This document shows, piece after piece, positions 40,578-51,022 of a DNA stretch of 64,000 bases. This DNA is from Eledone cirrhosa. Its lineage: Eukaryota. The DNA lies in NCBI GenBank assembly GCA_964016885.1, contig OZ024749.1, forward strand, positions 744,001 to 808,000, read 5' to 3'. A program made the translations under genes and the position numbers. Position 1 is the first letter of the stretch. Each line of letters begins with the position of its first letter. Under the pieces are notes generated by a model. The model was not told the origin of the DNA and ran no database searches. It saw nothing but the letters and a program-made list of their open reading frames with translations.

Positions 40578-41200
40578 CGTTTATATATGTATACACGCAC
40601 ACACACATATATATTTTTTTATGTGTATTTGGTGTATACATTCGTATGTGTGCAGCTACAGGTGTCGCACGCATTTTTGTATGTGTACATGCTTGTATAT
40701 GCACACCATGGCGGGTGTTTTCGCGTGTGAATGTGTATGTACGTATATAGATGTGTGTATGTATATATTTAATTATTGTTGATTTCAATAACCTCTGTAA
40801 TTTATTTACATTATTCTTAACACTGAAGCCGAGAATCATTCGGTTTCCTAAATAGAATATTAGTCTAAGACTTCATTTATACCATAAACGTGGTTTTGTC
40901 TTTGCGTGTAACTGTTTTCACCGCTCCTCATAACGACGTATTATCTTCATTTTTTCCTGTTCAATGTCAGGGATTGTTGCCACGAACCAAAGTATCGTCT
41001 TCCTGTTTTCCTTCGGTTGCAACGTTTTTTTAAATATTTACTTCTGCGTTCACAGATCGATTTTTTTAGTTTCAGAAGATCCCGTTAAGGGTGAAAGCAA
41101 CGATTCTTTGCTTAAACTTTAATCTGTTATTTTAATAAATATTTGCTCTAGGGTTCTTATATATTTGATATATATTTATCCTTATCGAGCCCGCTTCGGA
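39130..41200 (+). mobile_element. Penelope-like element with 5' inversion
   Basis: VNYLDVTLNL..YPYRKPN, NCNCRNRVDCPLSGKC..NIVYKC GIY-YIG region; inverted YRDDGL segment; terminal hammerhead motif. Confidence 0.9.
41068..41118 (+). ncRNA. Type I hammerhead motif with core substitution
   Basis: AGTTT-CAGAAGA-tCCC gtta aGGGt-GAAA-GCAA cgattct TTGC-T-T-AAACT; three stems pair, but the core reads CAGA instead of CUGA. Confidence 0.6.
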
Positions 41201-42261
41201 TTTATTATTTTTACTATATATCATTATTACTATATATTACTGGTACTTTATTTTATCGACCCCGTAAGGATGAAAGGCGAAGTTAATCCCGCCATTCATA
41301 CTTACAGGGTCGATAAAATAAAGTACCAGTAATGTACTGGGTAATTGCTGGCCTTGTGCCAAATGTAGAAACAATTATTACTATATATATATACATATAT
41401 TATTCCTTACACAACTCTACCCAACAACTAAATACCACAAACTTAAAAAACACACAAAATACAAATACTAAGTTAAATTAAAACCAATAATACTGGTACT
41501 AAGAGGATGAATTTCATCAGGCCACAATCACCCTCAATATTTAGTTGTAGTTGCCAGATAAATTAGTACCATATACTCTGTCCATTGTGACCACAGAATT
41601 CCTGACAAAGTCTTTCCACGATATTTCATTGATCCTTACAGAGGTTTGATTTGTTTGAGCAGGTCTTCCTCTACGGCATCTCCCTGTAATCTACTTTACT
41701 CATGCCTGGAGAGGCAATGGGTCCTGCCAGCTTTTAAAATGCCCTAAAAAATGATGCATGCCAATATGGCACTCCTACATCTTCAGGAGTTGTGAGTCCA
41801 TAGCATAATGTATATAGGTCCACACATTTCCTCAATTTACTGGGTGAACAAAAGTTACATGCGACATTGAAGATTAGAATAAAATGTAGAACACTAGCCA
41901 ATCCTCTTATTCTGATGTTTCAATATTTCATAAGACTAGAATTTTTTCCATACGCTCACGCGTATGTGTATATGTTTGTGTGCATATGCATACATTTATA
42001 TGTATGAATATATATATAAACGTGCAAACACACTTACAAAATTACACATTCAGACATACATTCATACAAACACACACATACACTCACACAACATAGCTTT
42101 TTCACCATCCCCTTCCTTCCGTTTACACACAAACACATTCACACAAGCAGGAGACATAAAGAGAGAGGAGCAGCATGAGGTAGTCAAACTACTCCTCTCT
42201 CTTTACGTGTTGTGACACAATCACAAAAATTTATATTTAGATAACCTGTTCCTCCTCTTAC

Positions 42262-42396
42262 CTACACACAGTATCATTGACTTCACAACTTTCAAGGCTT
42301 AGTTTACGCAAATCATGGCACTTGGACAGAATCTCAGCTAATCCCTCCACCGAAACACTTGCTATGCTCAGATCTAAATATTGCAGCTTTGAAAGT
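42262..42396 (-). CDS. SKP2: SKP2 exon, LRR
   Basis: cag|...|gtaag, 135 nt. LSKLQYLDLSIASVSVEGLAEILSKCHDLRKLSLESCEVNDTVC. Confidence 0.93.
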
Positions 42397-42900
42397 CTGA
42401 AAGTAACAAAAATCAAAAACATCAGCTTCAGTTCACAAGATAAAATATATTTTCTTTATAACCTCTCAATCCCTTTCATACCAAACTGACCCGGGTTGTA
42501 TGATACAAAATTATACATATGTTGAATAATGAAAACAAAAGGTTAAGTGCTTAATTAGTAGAAACTAATTAAGCACTTAACTTCACCTTTTGTTTTCATT
42601 GTTCATTTTATATATGAGGACGGCCGATTGAACAGGAACTTGAGATTGGTAATGAGTAGTAACATAACCACTATGATGGTCGATACATCAAAACGATCGT
42701 AAAACAATTAACTATCTACCTACACCCGACTTCTGTTTTTATTGTTCAAACACACATATATGTATGTGTGTATGTATATATATATAAAAGTAAGAGACAT
42801 ATATCATAATAGAGGGGAATGAACTATGATATAATATATTAGATGACTATAGCCATACGAATTGGACTTTCCCTCCACCAACATCTTTAAGGGCAATTTT

Positions 42901-43037
42901 TTCTCTGACGAGTCTTATAAGTACATCTCTACTGTAGTATATACACACATATGTCTACCTGCTGTAGTATATAAATACACATATATGTCTACCTGTTGTA
43001 TCATAAATGTACTTGAAGGCGAAACACAGTGTAAGAA
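42901..43037 (+). ncRNA. Type I hammerhead ribozyme, intact core
   Basis: TTCT-CTGACGA-GTCTT.TAAGTACAT...ATGTACTTG.AAGGC-GAAA-CAC a GTG-T-A-AGAA; predicted GUA cleavage after 43033. Confidence 0.75.
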
Positions 43038-43094
43038 TTAAATCTTGTTTTTAAATGTCTTGCTTTCTCCTCCATATATTTTATATATATATAC

Positions 43095-44870
43095 AGAACG
43101 GGGTCATACCAAATGACTGGCGTAGCAGCAGCATCGTTAACTGTTACAGGGGCAAAGGAGACACTCTAGATAAAGAAAACTATAGAGGTGTAGTGACCTA
43201 CATTCCGAGGGCTCATGGATACATTCTCCGTGCGTTGTTTGGCTCAGTTCAGCCAATCGCCGCCAGCGTAGGAGAATGTATCTCGACTTCCGCCCCAGAG
43301 GGAAAAATTCCCGCGGTGATTCATAAATCTCTCTCTTGCTGCTTGGACTCTGAAAGGTCAACACACAGTCATGTAATGGTGAGAATTTCACTTTGGCCTG
43401 TCGGCCTTCTTGGACCTGGCACAATGCCACATTCACTTCTTAACTCTTAATAATGTTTGTTCTTTACTTTGACATGTCACTCAACTTAACTGTTTGTAAT
43501 TAGTTGTGAATAAAACATGTAAAAATGTTAACGAAGACTTTACGACTAATTCCACAAACATTCACTAATTTCACGTTTAACAAAACCACACCTTTCCTGT
43601 TACAACAAACACCCATCATTATAATTCTTCATGGTGATATTATTATTATATTTTTCTGCTAAAGAAGCATTAAGTTAGTTGGCCAGGTCATGAAGGTCAC
43701 AAAGAGTTATTGCACAAATGATTAGAGACCAAATTGATCTAGATGAAATGCAGTTTGGGTTTGTGCCAATTACAACTACAGGAGAAGTACCTAGCTAAAA
43801 GTAAACACCTCTACTTAGCTTTTGTTGACTTGGAGAAAGCCTTTGACTGAGTCCCCTGCTCCATTATCGGGTGGGGCCCTTAGAAAACTAGGAGTAGATG
43901 AATGGCTTGTGAGAGCTATACAAGCCATGTATAAAGAAACAGTCAGCAAGGTTAGAATTAACAATGAATAGAGTGAAGAATTTAGCGTAAAAGTAGGTGT
44001 TCATCAAGGCTCCGCCCTTAGCCCCCTCCAGTTTATTATTGCCTATAACAGGAGTTTAAGACCAGCTGCCCATGGGAACTTTTATATGCAGATGATCTAA
44101 CTCTCATAGCTGAATCTATGGCTGAACTAGGGAGGAAATTCCAAATATGGAAGCATGGCCTAGAATCAAAAGGCCTTAAAGGTAACCTGTCTAAGACTAA
44201 AGTTCTAGTATTTAGAAAGGAAAATAGGGCACAGGTGCTCTCTGGGAAATGGCCATGTTCAATATGCAAACTATGGGTACATAAAAGATGTAGTGGGATC
44301 ACAGGTAAGCTATCTAAGAACATAGATTTTATATGTGGCCAATACTCAGGTGCAGTAAGTAGCAAGTGCCCACTGGATACTAGCTACTTTCCTTCTACTG
44401 CCCAGATGGTTCTATAGAAATAGTAGACACTTTCCATTACCTGGGTGACAAAATCAGCAGTGGAAGAGGGTGCTCTGAAAGTAGAGTAGCCAGAACAGGA
44501 TGGAAAAAGTTCAGAGAGCTAATACCACTGTTGTCCACAAAAGGTTTATCTCGAAAATTGAAAGGCAGATTTTATGACGCATGTATACGAACATCAATGT
44601 TACAGGGTAGTGAGACCTGAGCATTGTGTGCAAAGGACCTGTGCAGAGGTTTGATTTGTTTGAGATTTGATCGATGTTTGTGCAGGTCTTCCTCTACTGC
44701 GTCTCCCTGTAATCTACTTTACTCAGGCCTGGAGAGGCAATGGGTCCTTCCAGCTTTTAAAATGCCCCCAAAAATGATGCATGCCAATATGGCACTCCTA
44801 CATCTTGCCTCAAATGGGAGAATTCCCATCTAACCCACGCTAGCGTGGAAGATAGATGACGATGATGATA
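43095..44870 (+). mobile_element. RTE LINE RT/3' part with nested solo LTR
   Basis: IPNDWRSSSIVNCYRGKGD..NYRG|IKL, FVDLEKAFD, ELLYADDL and the family tail. Confidence 0.88.
43189..43663 (+). mobile_element. Solo LTR
   Basis: Starts TGTAGTG; highly similar to 53786-54260; flanked by GAGG/GAAG (imperfect 4-bp TSD); splits the RTE codons NYRG|IKL. Confidence 0.88.
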
Positions 44871-45794
44871 TATAGCTGATTTGAATGCTCAACAAAATCC
44901 AATATGATGAAATCTTACTACAAAAACTCTTGATCACCTGATCTCGGACTTTTACTTCTATACTACATGGACTTTTTACACCATTATTGGTCCTACCACA
45001 AACAGGTAGATACCAGTGTATACAAAACTATATTAAATTACTTATATTTAACTCTTAACATCGTGCAATGATTTTGCAGAAAATATTAAAATCTCTGCTA
45101 ATTCAAATGTTTATAAAATCTTTACTAGTGGATAAACTGCTGTGAGAATTTGTAGTAAACTAAAATAAGGACTTAATTTTTTAATGTGATGTTTTCTTAG
45201 TGCTGTTTTGTACTTTTCAAGAATATATTGCTAATGCAGTTTCATGTGGTACAGGACGTTATTATCACCTTCACTGTTTAATGTTTATTTTGCCTGGTTT
45301 AGAAGAGTTGTTACATTATGAGAGAAATCATTTCAGGAGACCATGTCTTGATCATACACAACTGTTTCTGGCTTCGTTTCTACAACTGGATGTCCTTTCT
45401 AATAACATTCATAGTTTTAATTTTATGTAAGAACTTTTAAGTTAGACTCTAAACACCAGCTTAACCCCTCTGTTACATTTCCTATGATTTTCAGTTAATT
45501 TTGAAAATAATCAAGATTTACGAGGTATTAAGTAATATAACTTTCTCGTTAATAAGGTAGTGTTTGGAACCAAGTTTCTTACATAAAATTATGGAAGGAG
45601 TTTAGATAAATATAAACACTTTAAAAAATAGTAGTGTTTGTAGAACCCTGGGTGGTTTGATGTCAGAGTTAATAAAGAGATTTTACAAAACCCCTTCCAA
45701 ATTTTTATTTTCAGAATGATTTGAAAATCACAGTCTTTCATAAAAATATAAAAGGGTTAACAAAATTAAAAAAAGGAAAAAGTAAATGACTTAC

Positions 45795-45844
45795 TTAGTA
45801 GAACTAAAAACACTAGTTGGACCGGTGTAGATTGGAGAAGATAT
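45795..45844 (-). CDS. SKP2: SKP2 small exon
   Basis: tag|...|gtaagt, 50 nt, ISSPIYTGPTSVFSST. Needed to bridge phase 0 to phase 2. Confidence 0.8.
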
Positions 45845-45899
45845 CTAAAAAAGATAATTTAGGAAAGACTATTTAGAAACTTCCGATGCTTGCAAAGGG

Positions 45900-46325
45900 G
45901 TGGTCATGGCTAGGGTACAGGCATGGCTGTGTGGTCAAGGCTAGGGTGCAGGCATGGCTGAGTGGTCAAGGCTAGAGTGCAGGCATGGCTGTGGTCAAGG
46001 CTAGGGTACAGGCATGGCTGTGGTCAAGGCTAGGGTGCAGGCATGGCTGTGTGGTCAAGGCTAGGATGCAGGCATGGCTGTGTGGTCAAGGGTAGGGTGC
46101 AGGTATGGCTGTGTGGTCAAGGCTAGGGTGCAGGCATGGCTGTGGTCAAGGCTAGGGTGCAGGCATGGCTGTGGTCAAGGCTAGGGTGCAGGCATGGCTG
46201 TGTGGTCAAGGCTAGGGTGCAGGCATGGCTGAGTGGTCAAGGCTAGGGTGTAGGCATGGCTGTCTGGTCAAGGCTAGGGTACAGGCATGGCTGTGTGGTC
46301 AAGGCTAGGGTGCAGGCATGGCTGT
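45900..46325. repeat. 29-31-bp minisatellite, about 14 copies
   Basis: Unit gtggtcaaggctagggtgcaggcatggctgt. Confidence 0.95.
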
Positions 46326-46509
46326 TTGGGCAGATGCAGAGAGAACTGATCTGAGAGATGATGAAGGAACGCAACAAGAGGAGGAAAGCTGCACTGGAAA
46401 AGACCAGTCCAACGAATGCAAATATGGAAAAGTAGACGTAAAATGATGATGATGATGTTGAAACATAGTTTTAAGAAGCAGAAGAACAAGACCCTTTAAC
46501 TAGGCTTAC

Positions 46510-46624
46510 CTCTGCTCTTGTTAATCGGAGTACTGTAACACCTCTGTTGAGTATCTGACCAAGAATTCCTTCAGATAATGTTTTGTTGCCAAGATCTAAC
46601 CGCTTCCACAGACACTCAGATTCC
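46510..46624 (-). CDS. SKP2: SKP2 exon, F-box end and linker
   Basis: tag|...|gtaag, 115 nt. ESECLWKRLDLGNKTLSEGILGQILNRGVTVLRLTRAE resembles SKP2 DESLWQTLDL...LLSQGV. Confidence 0.93.
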
Positions 46625-46750
46625 CTACAAATGATATACAGAAAGTTCCTGAGTTTTTTCTTTCATAATTGTATTTCTAATGAATAACACTGCTTTTAAA
46701 TTAATTAATGAATAATTCGGAAGGATTTGTTAAAACTATTATTTCATTAA

Positions 46751-47765
46751 CCCTTTAGTGTTCAAAACGGCCGAAAACTAAAATATCATTCTAAAAATAA
46801 ACAAACCATCATCAAAATCTCGTCAATTCGAGATTACAGCAAGATTAGGCCCTTACTGCGAAAATTAACACTTAATATAGTGAAACAACACGTTTTTTTT
46901 AACGTTGAAAGTAGAACAGATTTTTGTGTATCAACATGGCTTGTGAAAGTAGCAATACCAACTTTGAAGGTTTTACACACGACGACATTCAGAATAAACA
47001 AGAAATAAACAATAATATTAGTGATTTATCTTCAAATGAATCTGATGTTTATATTTCTGAAATTTCATCCAATGATGATTATTTTGAAAGTGAAAATGGA
47101 GGTCTCCAGGATGCCATTGAAAATATTACAGCAACGTGGTTGAAAAATACCACACTAATATATGTTCCCGATTTTATTCAAAATACTGGTCCACAATACA
47201 CATTAGCTCCCGATGCTAAAGCACTGGATTATTTCTTTTTGTTTTTACCACAAACTTTCTTCGGAGTTGTGGCAGAAGAGATTAATCGATATGCCCAACA
47301 ACAGATTTCAAATCAAGGAAAACCCGATCTGTTTGGCGATCGACAGATGTTGCGGAAATGCAAGCCATTTTTTACCGTAAATATTGTGTTTGGTATAAAA
47401 CAATTTCCAAGACTGTAGAATTACTGGAGCACTGATATAAGGTCTAGTGATCCTTATATATCAAGTATTATGCCGAAAACAAGGCATTTAAAATTAAACC
47501 AGTATTTGCACCTGGTTGATATTTCAAATGCCCCTATTAATTAATTTCACCTGCCCATAAAAGTCAAATTTAACAAAAAAAAAAAATCAGGTAAAAATAT
47601 ATAATTGTAAATTATTGATATTTTAACATCTACTGACAAAATGTCAAGCCTGCACATAGAAAATTACGAACAAATAAAATTGATAACCCTCTTGAGTACG
47701 ATTAACTGAAAATAATGTGAACAGATAAACATGATATTTGACAAATTAATGTGAATGCTAAAGGG
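46751..47765 (+). mobile_element. Non-autonomous piggyBac element
   Basis: TTAA TSD, CCCT...AGGG termini; ORF 46924-47418 is a transposase N-terminus. Confidence 0.93.
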
Positions 47766-48299
47766 TTAAGGTGGTAAGAAAAGATGGAATAGAACAAAAG
47801 AGAGACACAGGAGCAAGAATAGACATTGATAAGGCCACAGGATGTGTGACAAAAGAACTTTGACAATTAAACAAGCACCCGCTTACTAAATTAATTAATG
47901 AACTGAAATGAAACTGGTGCATGTATTTTTATTGGCAACATGATCTTCCTAAAGTATGTTGGAAGGTTTTAATTCAAATAGGAACACTTTAAACTGGGCA
48001 GATCTGCTTCCATAGAGCTAAAAGCTGTTTGAGATCAGGTTGGTATTAAAAGAGTTGACATCATCATGACCATATTTCTAAATTGTATTTCCTTTACCAA
48101 ATTTCCATAATGTGGAAAATAGTTTTTCTTTCTTTTTTTTCTCAAAATAAGTTTGGAAAATTTACTGTGTTCTGGGGGCTGAAGGTTACATTATTCATTA
48201 TGTTAAACCTTCCAAAAATTTAGTAACTCAAATTAAGGCTGCATGCCAGGAAATACAGTAATTAATAAAGAATTTAGAGGGGCTTAACTAAAATGGTAT

Positions 48300-48550
48300 C
48301 AACACCTACCACTTTACAGAATGGACTGGGCACTTCTTTAGGGTGACACCAGCACTACCACATTACAGAGATGGTTGGGTACATTTTATTGTGGCACCAG
48401 CATTACCACTTTACAGAGAGGACAGGGTACATTTTATTGGGGCACCAGCATTGCCACTTTACAGAGTGAACTGGGTACAATTTAATGTGATACCAGAACT
48501 ACCACTTTACAGAGTGGACTAGATGTATTTCATTGTGGCACCAACACTAC
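48300..48550. repeat. ~50-bp degenerate tandem repeat, about 5 copies, related to RTE 3' UTR subrepeats
   Basis: Unit accagcactaccactttacagagtggactgggtacattttattgtggc. Confidence 0.75.
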
Positions 48551-48904
48551 AATTGTTTTAATATGATATATATTCTGATTTAGGAATAATCCTGTAAGGA
48601 TGAAATCAAAGCTAACTTCAGTGGAATTTGAACTCAGAACACAAAGGGACGTAACTATACACCACAAAGCATGTTGTTCAACGCTCTGATGATACTGCCA
48701 ATCCATTGCTCTTGGTTTTAAAAAATAATAAAAGCGTGAAAATAGGACAATTGTATTTCAGATACTTCTAGAAAGTCTGATAACTATACCTGAATAATAA
48801 ATTATCTAACAAACTAATTGACAAAGTCATTAGTGTGACTTTAATTGGTTTACAAACATTAAATTAGCTAAAGTCATTTACAAACATTGAATAATTTAAC
48901 TTAC

Positions 48905-49013
48905 ATGATTCTCAGCCATTTTTTACAGACTTGTGCACATTTGGTGAGGACAACTTTAGGCAAGTATTTGAAGATATTTAAGAGAACCAGATCAGGGAGT
49001 AGCTCAGCCAAAC
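48905..49013 (-). CDS. SKP2: SKP2 exon, F-box
   Basis: cag|...|gtaagt, 109 nt. LAELLPDLVLLNIFKYLPKVVLTKCAQVCKKWLRI is a canonical F-box motif. Confidence 0.95.
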
Positions 49014-50632
49014 CTGTAATGAGGAATTGACAGTAGAGAGAGAGAGAGAGAGAGAGAGAGGAAGAGAGGGAGGGGGACATTAAACAATGATGACTCACAT
49101 AAAAGTTGAATTTTTAAGGCTTTTTTTTTTAGGTTAAATTTCTAGAGTTCCTCATTTCCACTCTCGGTCGAACACTTCTTCTACAATCCTAGATAATGCA
49201 TCTAATAGATTCTAAAAAAAGCACCCAGTCCACACTGTAAAGTGGTCGTGTAGGTGCCACAACAAAAAGCACCCAGTACTCACTGTAAATGAGGTTGGTG
49301 TTAGGAAGGGCATCCAGCTGTAGAAATCAAGCCAGAATCAGTCCTGTATGAACAAAACATGGTCACCTCGCCTAGCATTGCCCACAACAGAACTCGTCTA
49401 ACCCATGCTGGCGTGGAAAATTGAAGTAAAACGGTAGTAATGATGATAATGTATATATGCGTATATAAATCATTATCATGATATATGTATGTTATGTTGG
49501 TACCACAAAACATCCAGTCCACACTGTAAAGTGGTTGGCATTAGGAAGGGCATCCAGCCAGAAACAGTCCTATTTGAGTGAGACACAGTCACCCAACCCA
49601 ACTTGCCTCTAAATGGAACAAACCCATCAAACCCATGTTAGTGTGGAAGATAGTCATTAAATGATGATGATCATCATAATGAAATTAGAGCAATAATTGT
49701 TTCTACTTTTGGCACAAGGCCAGCAATTATCCCAGTGTATTACTGGTACTTTATTTTATCTACCCCGTAAGCATGAAAGGCAAAGTTAACCTCGGCGGGA
49801 TTTGAACTCAAACCATAAAAGGCCATAACTAGAATTAGAGCAATAATAGTCTCATTTAGGCATGCCTCTAATTAAGGGAGAGAGTAATATTGACCCCAGA
49901 AGGACAAAAGGCTAACCTCGGTAGGATGTGAACTCAGAATGTAATGCGCCATAACTAAATGCCACTTAGGATTTTCTCCAATGCTCTACAGATCATGCTA
50001 ATCTGCTGTTCCAGAATTACAATGTTCTATACATTGAAACACGTTTCTGTCAACCAAAACTTGTAAATATTTCCACTTGCAAACATCAGAATACAGTAGC
50101 GTAGTAAAATTAATTTCCTCCTCGTAACATTTATGAAGGGTCTTTGGATTAACATTACTTGATAGAGTGCATAGCTCGGAGATCAGGTTGTCGCTCCAAG
50201 CAGAACCGCTACTTCTCCGAATTGAGAGATCACAATTCCAATACTATGGATATGTGGTTAGATTGTCTGAGGAAAGAATCGTTTGACAGAAAAAAAACCA
50301 ACCAGCAGGAGACCCAGGAGTAAACCTCAAGCAAGATGGTTGGATAACATCCATGAGCTTGGCTAGTCTCACTTGGGGATCTCCAACTGGATTAGTTGGA
50401 GACGGTTGCTTCTGATAGGGCCCGCTGGAAGGTGTGTCCCCATGGCCCTCCCAAGAACATGTGAAACAAGAAGAAAAAGAAGTAACATTTAAGTTCAGGA
50501 TAATATCTCTCAATTCACAAAAGTTGATTTGTCTGAAGAGTTAAGGTCAACTTTTACACAAGATACATGAGGGGAAAAAATAGGGAGTTGATATTTACAC
50601 TTATACAGTAATATTTACAGTCAGAAACTTAC

Positions 50633-50780
50633 TTGATCCAGACTGACAAAGAACCTTCTTCCGCCTTCGAATAAAATCGTCATCTCTCTGAGTCAAGTTC
50701 TTTAAGACACGAGGATTCTGAGGGCTGTTACTGTTAGAGTTATTTACAAGTTGATTAGTAGTCATCACACGAGCAGAGGC
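50633..50780 (-). CDS. SKP2: SKP2 exon, pre-F-box region
   Basis: cag|...|gtaagt, 148 nt. Encodes ASARVMTT...NSPQNPRVLKNLTQRDDDFIRRRKKVLCQSGS; phases 0/1 fit both neighbours. Confidence 0.8.
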
Positions 50781-51022
50781 CTGTAATAATTACAATAAGA
50801 ATCTCCATCACTGTCATTTTAATTCCAAGATTAAATCAAAACATAATTTTTTATTCATCAACAAAATCTATTGAAAAACTAGCAGAAACTTTCCAGACCC
50901 ACAACTTATATCTAACCCTTTTGATACCCACCTACCTGGAAGTACCCTTCGTTCTAGGGTACAAAAAGTAGAAGTGTTCATCTTAAATTGTTTATTATAT
51001 ATAAATACCCATTATGTGGTTA

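Noticed and set aside
40328-40839. Several overlapping ORFs
   Set aside because: TA/TG low-complexity sequence in the Penelope 3' region.
43055-43450. ORF peptide repeated at 53778-54038
   Set aside because: Read-through of LTR sequence, not a duplicated gene.
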